From contig OZ260663.1 in NCBI GenBank assembly GCA_965285935.1, positions 55,118,001 through 55,182,000 of the forward strand: a DNA stretch of 64,000 bases. Reading direction: 5' to 3'. Below are positions 37,401-49,405 of the stretch, one piece after another. Under the pieces are notes generated by a model that made no database searches, was not told where the DNA came from, and saw nothing but the letters and a program-made list of their open reading frames with translations. Numbering within the stretch: position 1 is the stretch's first letter; the number at the start of each line of letters is the position of its first letter. This stretch comes from Ophelia neglecta. Its lineage: Eukaryota. Position numbers and translations under genes: made by a program.

Positions 37401-40400
37401 GAAAGGTCGTGAAATGAGGAAAGAGATGGCGGACTAGACACTTGGAGAGCTTGGGGCCTATAGCCGCATAGTTATAGTGCTGTGAAGAGGGGTGGCTGAT
37501 GATTAGCCCAGGCGACCCTTCCATTCGGCCGCCCAGATAACTCGGCTGACTGCTAACGAATCAGTCGCCCGATAAGCCAACTGTCTCCGGACCTAGGGCC
37601 GGCTGATGGATGGAGGAGAGGAGAGCGCCTCCTAAACGGGGTCACCACCCGCTTACTGCTGGCTGAATGCATCGGCCGACAGCGGCCAACCACCTTCAGC
37701 CCGAGAAAAATGTTTAATATGACTGTTTTGATAGGCCTACTCTTCTTGGCCTTATATTATGCATATGATGTATAAACTATAATTATGAAGGAAAATGTAT
37801 TAATTTGCATCAAATGTGTATAAAAAAAACTATAGGGCAATTGCCTGTCGTTTTTGGAGAGAGAGACAGACACATATAGGCCTGGCAAATAAAATGTAAC
37901 GTTACAGCAGGCAAATTAAGCGAGGCATTCATTATAATCAACTCAGATAAAATTAGACCCAGTTTACGGAACTTAATGAGCCTTTATATTTATATTATAT
38001 AACAGAATGGGCCTAATTAAGCAACGAAACTGAGTTGGATATACATTTAGAATACGCGCGAATCGATAGCACATGCAGGGACAGGCAAGTATATATTGTA
38101 CGGCTCATAATCATATAGACAATTGGCCATATGATTAAAGCGCCTCTCATGTTATTGGTTTGAAGCCAAATACAGTATACGCATGGACTCGACCAATAAT
38201 TCATTAGAATATATCAGATGTTTACTTTTAAATCTAAACAACAATAAATGACGATTATATTGACATTAAACCTATAGATAGAGTGCTTCTTTCCTCATAA
38301 ATAAGCTCAAGGGCGCTTAATACTATAAAAAGGAAAGTACTTTGCATAAAAACTCAAATGAAATTTAATTAAAGAGGATTTAAAAACATAATTTAAACAC
38401 AGTGGCACACATTTATTTCCCGAAGGGTCAATTACCTGAGCTGGTAACTAGTCTGCTTCCGACCAGTAGTACCCGATCTTTGTTCGGCCACCGTGCATCC
38501 TTGACCGTAATTCGGTCCTTTCGTCAAGTATGGGCATATATATGCTGTTGTATAGTCTTTACACTGACCAATCTTCAAACTAGTTTTAATGTTCAGGCCT
38601 TCTGTTAATTTAACCTGACAGTGCATAGGAGGTTGTTAAGCCTGTAACGAGTCCAGCTATATAGAAACAGGAAATGGAGTTTGAAAGGCAGGAGTGGGAT
38701 GAAGGGAGGAGGCTGCATGGCAGGGCTGGGAGGGGAGCGAAGGCAAAAAAAGTGAGAGGGGTAGTGGTGGGAGGAAAGGGGGGCCTGGAGTGTGTGGGTA
38801 GAGCTAAGGGATTGATGGTAGCAAAGCAAAAGTTGTGCTAGGTATAGTGGAATTTTTAACACGAAACAATCGTCTATTTCCCTCTTGGTCTCATTATTAG
38901 ATGTACATGGTTTGACAGCCAGGAGAGTAGAATGGGGTTATTTGTCCGGTTAGTTGTCATTTATATTAAAGATAACCCGTACGTGTTGCCTGCAGCCATA
39001 ATTTATATTTCATATTGCGACAGAGTGGCTTATATTATTTTGCTTACACCCCTTGAAATAATGAAATAAAGTACAGAACTCTACTTTTAGGAGTTTCATT
39101 TTAATAGTTTTAAACCTTTTTACATTTTCTCACCCTTAGTTAGTCGCTAATGAAAACTGCTCTTCTCAAATACACCTCCAATTTCAATGCACTACTGCTC
39201 CATTTAATGTGGTTGCCCACGGGTCACTGCTAGTATATATATTACTGGGATGTTAAAGAAGAAATGATCTCGAAACGCTTTGAGAAATAACTAGCTTTGT
39301 AAGATATCAATTCTATTCTATTCTCCTTGTTTCTATATGGCTAGATCAGTGGCTATATAGATCTAAGCCTTGTTCCATGCTGAATATAAAATTCAGTGGC
39401 CGATCAATCATTCAATGTGAATTAATTTTAAAAAGGAGTCAACGTAATTTCAAATATATTCAAAGTCGCCAGTGGAATTTTGCGTTAGGGCTGTCCTCCG
39501 TTTAAGAGAATCCTATATATATGCGCTGGACATGTAGGTTAGCCACAATGTATATATACAGAGGCTCGCATAAAATAAATCAGAAATACCTGGAAATGTG
39601 AATATTATATATAATTTTATAAACTTAGTAATTTAGCAACCGCACAAATGCTTATACATGATTGGGTGCCATTTTTTTGCCTAATGTTTGCAAAATTAAC
39701 TTAACTCAGGGTATAGCAATGCGCCGGAATGGCAAGTCAACGAAGGTAGTGAACTCTTACAACGATAAGACGGGGTTTTCAAATACCCTAGGTGATGCCT
39801 TCACTATTTTATCGCGGTTTAAGCACGCTTGATTTGCGTTTAAATAGTGTATTAGGGAACGGTCTCCCACGAGCAAAATACGAGATTAACCGAGTGCAAG
39901 AACTTTATCTACGAGTGCGTAATAAGTCTGGTTACTCACTGGGATTGTGTGCCCATTGTCCCGCGTACTAACTTCCTCCATTGATTATAAATTGCATGTA
40001 TATTGCAGCAATATGGAGAGAAAATAAATTCAAAACCTTGCTTAAATTGGCTAAATGTTATTGCCATGGATCTGTCGTAGCAAATTACAGCTAGCGTCTA
40101 TGAAATAAGTTTTGCTGTTGAAAGTTTGTGAAGGACACGAAATATTGACTTCAGATGTTCTCAAGAAATTGCACGAAATAGATACTGCATCCATGATCAT
40201 TTTTAAGTCCACATTTAAAGCGTCTGTTAGGCCTATTCAATCTTTTTCGTTCATTGAGCTTCGAATCCTGATTCAGTGAGAACAGAGTACAGAAGTATGT
40301 GGGGCTAGCATAAAAAATTGCCAGGAACATACGATAAAAGTAAATAGCAATTAAACCATTATTTGTCGACATATTATCACCTGAGGAAATGTACAACAAA

Positions 40401-42509
40401 GGCAGCTTAATTCACTTTAACTCCACACACAATATTATACCTGTAAAATAAAACTCCCGCTACCCATCTGCCCCGGGGTTTCATTTCACGAAACTGTTTG
40501 TTTTATTTTGTTCCCCAAATAACACTTTTTTGTCTTACTAATGTGTGCTTATATTGAGAGGAAAAACAGCGAAGTTCGTCGATCGGTCGACCTGAAAATG
40601 ACACCACGAGTCTATCTCTCCATCACACAATGTGACATAATTGTTTTCGGTAGAATGTCATCTCAGTCGAAGCTCTTTAGATCGGATTGTTCTTGCTGTG
40701 CGGGAATAGTTTGATAACTGCATATACATCGTTACATATACACATGAGTAATGCGTATGTGGTGAGGAGGGCGGCTCGTATTCTGCACGCCATGATCGAT
40801 ACTAAATCGATAGATCACAGCTGTTACCATTCTATTCTGACTTTGACAAACGGTCGTATCGTGTTGTTCCATGCAAGAATGGCAAGAGACGACGCTCTTT
40901 CTATGTGGGCATGTTTTTAAATGTATTCCAACCAAGCTATTTGTCTCTAAGGTCATACTAACTTCAAGTGCAATAATGATTGGACCTTTGAACGTTCAGT
41001 TTAAATCGTCTACTTTTGCGCTGAAGTTCTAACGGTCGCTGGCAGGCCCTATCATACGTGCAAAATTAGCACACATAGGGCTATGTTATGTCGTGCATCT
41101 AGTCTACAATATAAACAAGATAGGGTATTATAAAAACAAGTTAATGAATTATGTGTTTCACATGAATTTCTCTAAACGTAATATTTTTCCCGAATCTGTT
41201 AATTTCGGGAGGGGGGGGGGGGGGGTAATGGATGCACTTTTGTATTGCATTTTTCACATATTAATGGGTAATGGGGGGAGGGGGGCATCAAGCTCGACTA
41301 AGCCTTACGAACAGTAATAGTTAGACAAGGAGCCTGTGGCACACATCTTTGTATATGTATGTATTTGTGTGCAGGCCAACATTCAGTCCCATACCATGTA
41401 TGAGGACAAATGTGTGGTTCTGCTAGGATATATGTATTTATTAAACAGCACCTTCGACCCATTCCCTTAGCTTATTATTTGTAATTTACATATTCTACAC
41501 AACATGATCGAGATTATGCATTTTGATCCAAAAAATCAGCAAAAAGCGGGTGAGCATGTTTAGAATAGCATCAGGCTAATTACATTTACTCCACATAAAT
41601 TTGACCCAGGGCGGTTTCAAACTTAACATAGGCGCATAGATATTGTGTATTATGGTGGAAATACAGAAACTTATTTCTTGCACACATACTTAAAAACCCG
41701 TCTATAATTTAATGCTTAATCCTATAGTTAGGCTGAAGTGGAAAAGCAGCTTCCCGTTTATGACACTGAGTCAGGGACAACAGGGGCTCAAATGCAGCTT
41801 TCATTTTACTGCATCCCTCCTTCATATGCCATTAGGATAAGAAACATATACATCTGCAAACATATCCTGTTTAGCAATGATGGAAACAATAAAAAGCGTG
41901 CATTGAGTAGATGTTCATGTTGAACATAGAGCTCGGAGCTAAATGCCACCATCATATGGGAGACAATTCCCACTCCGACTCCAACACAGTCAAAGCGTGA
42001 GGCGGGTCGAGTGGTCAGGCGATATGACAAGTGAGCAGGACTGTGTATGTGGCCAGCAAACCACGCCGTTTTGGAGCCATCAACAGGCCGAGAAGTCTGC
42101 AGGCTATTGGCGGGGACGTTTGTCTCCATAAAGTGGTGCTGGCGGATGAGAGATTCTCGGCGGCCGACTACGCGGTGTGGGCTCAGCCGGCGGGGCGCAG
42201 GTGGTCTCGGGCAGGCACGCTCCCTCCTGTGTCTTATGTCTCTCTTGTTGAACAGGAGCCAGCAAACATGTCTGAAGACGCCCATCGAAGGAGGGACATG
42301 GTGGCACGAATAGCTACCGGCAGGAGGCAGGCCGAAAACCATGAGAAAGTTTTTAAAAGACGAATTGGAGGGTTCCCAAATCCACAGCAGGCCTAGTAAT
42401 GTTTTGTATACATATATAACGATGTAGGCCCCTATACATCTAAGCCTATCATTAAGCTAACCACAGAAGACCAAATTTATACATGTATACTTTGGTAATT
42501 GAAGGCACT

Positions 42510-43095
42510 GTGGTTTGAAGCAATGCAGTGTCCTTCCTAATCCATTATCAAAGTGTTATATTTTGTCAGAAGGGCCTTTATATAGAATGTAGGGAACTGA
42601 GTAACATACATTTTCGGACAAATTTACAAAATTGACCTAATGCATTTCATTTAAAGTTTTTGAACCATGCATGTTTGGTAAATGTAACATCACCAGTAGA
42701 GAAGATTCAACTCATATATGTATATGTATAGCAACATATATAGGCCTGTGCATATTTCCCTATTTAATAGTGAAATTCAATATAATTCGGCAAAAATAAT
42801 AAATGAACAGAAACTATCTGGATGTCTAAAATTATTGCAAGATCTGAGGTAACTATTGCGAATAACCTGAAAGTTGAGAGTAATGTATCAAAATGTATGT
42901 AATCGTTTCATTATTCCCTTTCATTGATGGTGCTGACCATGTGTTATTTTATGATACGATCTTACAAAGGATGGCTTTGGCATTATGACTGTTTGAAACG
43001 AAGTGTCTGAACTAATCCATTGTCAAAGTGGTACATTTTGTCAGTATCTAAGGATTGCAGTAAACAGAGTAACTTATTCTGACAATTTTCCGAAC
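42510..43095. repeat. Diverged direct repeat pair 475 bp apart
   Basis: 42537-42569 and 43012-43044 match at 30 of 33 positions, with weaker similarity in the flanks (gtttgaa..agtgtc; gagtaac..gacaa). Confidence 0.75.
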
Positions 43096-45179
43096 TTTCA
43101 GTTATGTATATAGGTAGTCCCTGTATCAGATATTATATTAAGATATTATATAAAGATATTAACCACTGATTAACAAGCTTTAACGGATTAGGCCTAAAGC
43201 ATAAATTGTGATGCACCTTCGCATGCAAGCCACCGTCATGCATATATGCCACCAAATATTATAATTCTGTCATTTAAACAGATTGCTAAGCCTGAAACTG
43301 AAATTTCTAGGTGCATGCTGCAAGAAGTATAAAGCGTTTGTGCGTGCGTGTGTTGTTGGAGGGGGGGGGGGGGGTCATGTTTGTGCCGTATGGCCACCCT
43401 CCCCTATGCTTCTCTATACGTCTCTATGACAACCATGTTGTTAAATGATCAAATGGTACACAGAGTACTGGTAAGCCTGAATATTTTTGCTATAGAGCCA
43501 TACTTATATATATTCTAGTAACACACGTGATGTGTAAAGTGTACCGACACGTATTATGTATTTCCTGATATGTGACATATGGGCCCTACATGACACCCCT
43601 TCTTCTTCCAAATGTTCTCGGAATGAATCAACTAATTAATTTTTCTGCCAAAGGTAACGTTTTAATTGTATTAGTTATAGTCGTATCCGGGATGGGGTCG
43701 ATAGGTAATAGCAAGTTTATCTGTATTTATATCAAGACGCGTGGAAATAAGGTAATTGACTTAATGAAGGTAAACACCTTTTGTAGGTTTTTTGTTGTCT
43801 AAAACTCGTTGTTTTTTTACTTTCTCACAGGAAACGGGGTAATTAGCAACGTTTGGCCTTTGGCATGTTGCTAGATAAGGCCGCGATGTATCATTGCGAG
43901 CTTGCTGATTCTGGCAGAACGCCCGCAGCCGCAGCTGGGGGATAGACACCTCGGACCGCCGAGACGACCCGACGGGTAGGGAGAGGGCGGCACGGCTAGT
44001 AGGCCACGCTGGAAGCGAAGGATAGAAGACAGAAAGCGCGGCTCCCCAAACCCTGTACTAGACCTTCCGCCACCCCACGGCAGTCTAATAATCTAGGAAC
44101 CAGCTGCCAGACATCGGATGCGAAGACCCGAAAATCCACTTTACCTTACCCGTGTTGTGTGCGATAATGCTCTAATCGCTCAAACGCTTGTCTAAATATT
44201 CCCATTAAGAATCGGGTTCAAGGAAGGCATTTTCACTGTAATCTTTAATCCCATAACACTAATGACAAGGCCAAAGATGGAACATTGTTTTTCATTAAAT
44301 CCATCAAGTTTGATGAAGGTAATATCGGTTGACAAAATTGCTTTGAGAAATTGAGGATGGCACTTTTCTTATATTATTGCAAGAAGTTCAATTTGATATA
44401 TCTGACAGGTTGATGCCAGTTTTAACCAAATCTATTATTAACTATGCCCAGGAAAAAAAATGTTTAAAAAAATATATTAAGTAACTAAATAAATATATTT
44501 GCAACGGACAAATATATAGTATCACTTATGACAACAAAATTACACGTGCAAGGCAACTTTATAAGATCCCTCAGGCAGAAAGATAGAAATAAAGGTATCA
44601 GCAATATCATGCACTGTTGGTTATTTATAACAAATTTCTTTATAACCAGAACAATATAATTTCTACTCTACACATGATTTTTGCCAGTATTGAGCAATAC
44701 TAGTAAGCCCTAGTCTAAAGTACACAGACCTTAAATCCTTCACCAGGGGTCAGCTGTTTATATTCATCCGACTTTGGTGACTATCAATAGAACGCGAACA
44801 TTGACTGAATTTTAGAAGATTAACCGCTTTAACTATATAAATGCCAACTATTTCACTATATATTTTCATCAATAATTAATTATGTTTCAATTCTTTTCAG
44901 AATGAAATATCAAGAACCACTTGAAAATTGTACACTGTACTTGAGTTTACTGGGGAGCCTAGTAGTAGTGAAGCTCAGTATAGATTTCTTGTCTATTGCC
45001 AGTGCTTGTTTAATGAATGCTGGGAACATTTTGGAGACCAACAGATGGAATACCAGAGTGTGTATAATATGTGGGTTAAAGCATAAAACTGGGAACATGT
45101 GTTTACATTGAACAGGCTACGTTAAACCAACTGTTGCTTGCCAGATATTGATCTGGCCTTACCTAGACTATTGTCAATT

Positions 45180-45276
45180 CTTTATCTACATTTGCCTTCC
45201 TCAATGGCCTGCCACTATTTAGTGGTACTCTTTATCTTCATTTGCCTTCCTAAAAGGTCTGGGACTATTTAGTGGT
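45180..45276. repeat. Tandem duplication, 50-bp period, 2 copies
   Basis: ctttatct(a/t)catttgccttcct...actatttagtggt occurs at 45180 and 45230. Confidence 0.85.
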
Positions 45277-46422
45277 CTAGATCCTTAATACCTTACCAAA
45301 TTGTGCATGGTTAATTGCATTAAATAATTTTACACATAATGAGGTATAATGATATTTAACACATATCGAAGAATATTTCAGGTAGGATTCATTAAAACAA
45401 TAAAAATTATCAAAACTTTATGTATACATATCTAATTATAAATTAATCATGAAAATGTTTCAATGAATTTTTTACACTGTTAAAGGAGTTTTATCTTTTA
45501 ATGGGAACAACATAACTTGGGCAATTAAACGCTTGACAGATAAGCAGTTTTAATGTCTATAAAACCAATAATGGCAATTGTTAAGGCTTAAAGCCCAAAA
45601 AATATGTAAATATACATTCAGGAGGACTTAAAACCCTGGATTTGCAGCTTTACCACAATCAGTAATTTAGACTACAATTAACCCCATAAAAAAACAACTA
45701 CAAATAGAGAGTTAATCTTTTTAATATCACATTTGGAAACAAGAAGGAACGTACTATACGAAAAGAAGGACAGCTTGTAACATTTTAGCCTGCTAAAGGT
45801 ATTTTTTAATTGAATTTTGGAGTGGATAGGATGGATGCAGAATAAGTTAAACTGTGGTTACTGATATGTGTATTGCAGACATTTAAAAGCATACAATGTC
45901 ATGTATATATATCACGGATGTCTCCTTGAAAGACTAAACCTGGAATTAAACAAGCAGAATGAAACAATTAGCTGTTCCAAACATTGTTTTATCCATTCCA
46001 TTAGGGTTAAAGGTTTTGGTTTTTGTGGGGAGTCTGTTTTATAAGAGTCCCCAGCTGGTTGGGAAGCAGAGACCAGATCTAGTAGGCAGGTAGAGGCAGC
46101 TGGCTCGACAAATCTCCAGCAGCTGATAGAAAACATTGGAACCAGTTGTACTACATGTATCTACTTTGGCCCAAATAAAGACATCTGATTTGACGCCCAA
46201 ATTGACAGCCGGGCAATGTTTGAGCAGAGAGGAGCAATAGACTTCACACCAGGCCCACACCTGCTAGGACTCATACAGCACACTGATTGCCCAGCCCTTC
46301 GTTGAGGAGAGACCAGATTCCTCAATGAAAACTTGGCCCCAGCTGTGGACACCTTGCGATTCAGATAAGAGTGAAATCTAACAGAAAACATCAACAGTTT
46401 GCACACATCTGTGTGTCTGTGC

Positions 46423-46428
46423 TTTATT
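46423..46428 (-). terminator. Candidate MYCBPAP polyadenylation signal AATAAA
   Basis: First AATAAA ~140 nt after the stop, followed ~15-45 nt later by GT/T-rich sequence (tgtgtg...tgttgatgttttctgtt). Confidence 0.45.
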
Positions 46429-46568
46429 ATTGTCAAGATAACCTGCAGAGAAGTCGGAAAATCTGACATGTAAACATAAAGGGAGTATCTGGTGGAAAAG
46501 TATGAAACAGTGCTGGTCCCTGGTGGTACATTTTGGCATCACATTTTTCTTTGAATGGGTAATAAGGT

Positions 46569-46667
46569 TTATGAGAGTATGGGAAGTTTTTGCCCTCCTT
46601 CACTCTCCTGAATCTCTCCAAAGACTTCATCCATTTTATTCAACATCTCAGAGACTATGACATAGGA
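46569..46667 (-). CDS. MYCBPAP: MYCBPAP last coding exon: SYVIVSEMLNKMDEVFGEIQESEGGQKLPILS*
   Basis: ttttattttcag|TCC; 33 codons to TAA at 46571-46569. Confidence 0.87.
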   Translation of the reverse strand, partial: SYVIVSEMLNKMDEVFGEIQESEGGQKLPILS

Positions 46668-46950
46668 CTGAAAATAAAATATCCAAAATAATCATATTAT
46701 ATGAATGAATTATATGAAAAAAGAATAAGGAACAGAAATTTGTCAACACATTGATGCAATATCAAAATAAAATATTACAGCACATACTTTTTTACATAAT
46801 ATATATGCCCTGGTTATTTCTCCTGAACACCATCTCCTGAACATCAGAAGTTGCAGGTGGGATTAAACATCACCTATTGCCTGATCAAGTGATGTGGTTT
46901 ACATAAATCTCTGGGACAAGAATATGGGGTAATACATCATATCTACGCAC

Positions 46951-47118
46951 CTGAGTGTAGAGCTTCTCCCTGAACTTGGCCTCCATGATGGGATCTCCGG
47001 TGGAGAGAATGGGGCTCTGTGTGCCACTTCCAGCTCCCGGACTCTGGACTCGAGTCTTGTCCTCCCGCGTCACTGGACGTTTGCTGGCCGGGGCTACCTT
47101 CCCGGCCTTAGCAGGAGG
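46951..47118 (-). CDS. MYCBPAP: MYCBPAP exon: PPAKAGKVAPASKRPVTREDK...EAKFREKLYTQ
   Basis: atattgcag|CCT ... CAG|gtgcgt; 168 nt. Confidence 0.88.
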
Positions 47119-47330
47119 CTGCAATATTTTGAGGAACCGTTAATAATATAAATCTGTTTGAAAAAAGTATATTTTGTGCATATCAATTATTTGAACAGAG
47201 ATGTAAAACATAAGAGCACTTTTATCTAGTTCTTACCCCCTAGGAGCCATTTATGTTGACATGACAATAAAGATTCATGTTATGAACTAGATTTATAGTA
47301 ATAACTATATTTTAACTAAATATTTAACTA

Positions 47331-47508
47331 CAGTGGTCCCTGCAATGTGGGGCCACCCCTATATCCAAGGAAAAGTGGCCCTACATTGCAAGTGACCCTT
47401 CATCTGAGGTACTTTAACGTGGTAAAGATAGGACATGGGAATTCGAAAAGTGGCCTGCCTTAGCAGGTGGCCCTTCATTGGAGGGGCCCTACATCACAGG
47501 AACCACTG
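47331..47508. mobile_element. 178-bp MITE, Tc1/mariner-pogo (Tigger-like) type, TA target-site duplication
   Basis: TA|CAGTGGTCCCTGCAATGTGGGGCC ... GGCCCTACATCACAGGAACCACTG|TA, imperfect ~24-bp TIRs; internal repeats of aaaagtggcc and cccttcat. Confidence 0.85.
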
Positions 47509-48286
47509 TATAACTAAACTGAGTTTTACTGTTGGGATAACATTTTAGTCGAATTTTGCAAATATTAATATCTATGGAATCACTATGAATCAGATAATAT
47601 AAACTCCTACATATTCCTAAAGCTAGTCAAGAAAATAACTTTTTTTTTTCTAATAAAAGTTGAACTATAATATCACTAATGGTTATTCAAACCAACAATT
47701 ATTTCTTACAATTATGATATAATGGCAATGATTTGACTCTATAAATGATGACATGAATGTTGGAATGGGATTAATTTAATGTTTCAATATTTTCAGAAGC
47801 GAATAAATGTATTGGCAATTTTATTGGATGCAGCTATTAATGACCAATCACATTGTAATTAAGTTGAACAATAGATGATCATCAGAAAGTTCTATTTTGG
47901 TGAGGAAAGGCAGGAGCCCATGTACCTTCCTTTCAACATTGTATTGGTTAGATTATAGTCACCAACCAAAAGAGTGCCTGAGGACAAAATTGTGTTGGTG
48001 ATTATCACGCAAGATTCCCCACTGGTCCTGATGGACATTAATGCATAAGGGCCATGTGCAGGGACACAGTACCATATGCCAAATGGACAGTGCAAATAGT
48101 ATGTTCAGACCAATGTCCTGATCGACAGGTGAACCAACAAGAAAACTGAGAGCCAACAAATCCATGTTCTACATGATCAGGCTCTCCTCTCTGTTTGCTG
48201 AGTATGATCAATGGAAGATTTGACTGTTTGCTAACATCAGCCAAGGTGTCAGAGATGGATGCAGAGCTCTCAAAAGTTCCACTACT

Positions 48287-48336
48287 ATAGTCCCTGGAGC
48301 TATTAAAGTCCCAGGAGCTCCCATAGTACCAGGAGT
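48287..48336. repeat. 18-bp tandem repeat, ~3 copies
   Basis: atagtccctggagctatt / aaagtcccaggagctccc / atagtaccaggagt. Confidence 0.6.
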
Positions 48337-48387
48337 AAATAATTGTTTGCCATATATATGTACCTACAACTAAGGATTTTTACTCAC

Positions 48388-48482
48388 CTCTTTTGCTCCT
48401 TTAGGAGCAGGTTTGGTATCTTTCCCCCCCTTTTTATCTTTTGGATCTGGTTTTCCTTTCCCTCCTCCTTTTTTGCCTTCAC
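48388..48482 (-). CDS. MYCBPAP: MYCBPAP exon: EGKKGGGKGKPDPKDKKGGKDTKPAPKGAKE
   Basis: tgtttaatag|GT ... GAG|gtgagt; 95 nt, phase 1 to 0; needed to join the upstream phase-1 exons to the next exon. Confidence 0.88.
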
Positions 48483-49351
48483 CTATTAAACAAATGTCCT
48501 TCTTAGTAATGCTGTTATAGTAGACATAGCTCTGCCCTATAGACTAAGGAATCTAGGGCTACTTCTGTAAATTTAAGTTGAAATGTAGATAAAATCTAAT
48601 GTAATACAAAATATAAAAAAACATATGAACAAAATATAGAAATCTGCTGATTATTACAAAAGATATTCCACAGTAAATAGTCTTTCACAATTCATTCAAA
48701 CATATCTATAATTACTTTGGTTAGTATGTCAAACACACCTAGCTAAAATGGCTAAACATACAATTCTAATAAATGTTAGTAGGAATGACATTGTTTAGCC
48801 AAAAGCAAGGCTTCACACATTATCTCATTAATAAATCACTCTTATGTTATAATGTTTCTTTATCTTAAAAAAACATCAGTTTCTTTTTAAAAAGTTGGCA
48901 TGGTCAGAATGTAATAGTTGCTTCAGAGTGTAACTAAATCATTTATAATAATTAATCATATAAGAAGATTAAGATTTCAGAGAAACACTGGCCAATTAAA
49001 ATAATCTACATGTACATGCACCTAAAATTCCTCCTGGATTGAATTTTAGTGCCTGACTCTCGATCTACTCTACAATAAGCGTAAAATTGCCTGCTCCAGG
49101 CAAATTACACAAATGAACCAATAACATTTTAATAAAAGCTCGCACTTATTATGTTTCCGCCAAAAAATAGAAACTGTTTCATAAATATTTCATTTTAGGC
49201 TATAATATGATGAGGTGCAGATACAAAACATCTTGATTTTGGAACATTGGGACGATAAAATGCAGACGCATATTGACCTCACAGTGAGGCATAAGCGAGA
49301 CACAATATAAGTCTGACATTGACACACCCACCACCTAGCCACCCCACTTAC

Positions 49352-49405
49352 GAGATGCTGGTGTCTTTACGTCACCTCTTTGCCCTTTTCCACTGGGCGA
49401 GCCTG
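49352..49405 (-). CDS. MYCBPAP: MYCBPAP 51/54-nt symmetric exon with NAGNAG acceptor: (A)GSPSGKGQRGDVKTPAS(R)
   Basis: tttttaaag|cag|GC ... C|gtaagt; starts at 49405 or 49402; phase 1-1. Confidence 0.72.

Larger units (their letters stand above)
31400..44230. promoter_or_regulatory. CpG-retaining (probably unmethylated) promoter/intergenic domain
   Basis: By eye, CpG is common here (peaks 31790-32400, 36900-37700, 41940-42400, 43860-44220) and scarce in both gene bodies; not computed. Confidence 0.6.

Noticed and set aside
48287-48336. Elastin-like IVPGAIKVPGAPIVPGV reading on the plus strand
   Set aside because: Translation of an 18-bp intronic tandem repeat, with no exon context.
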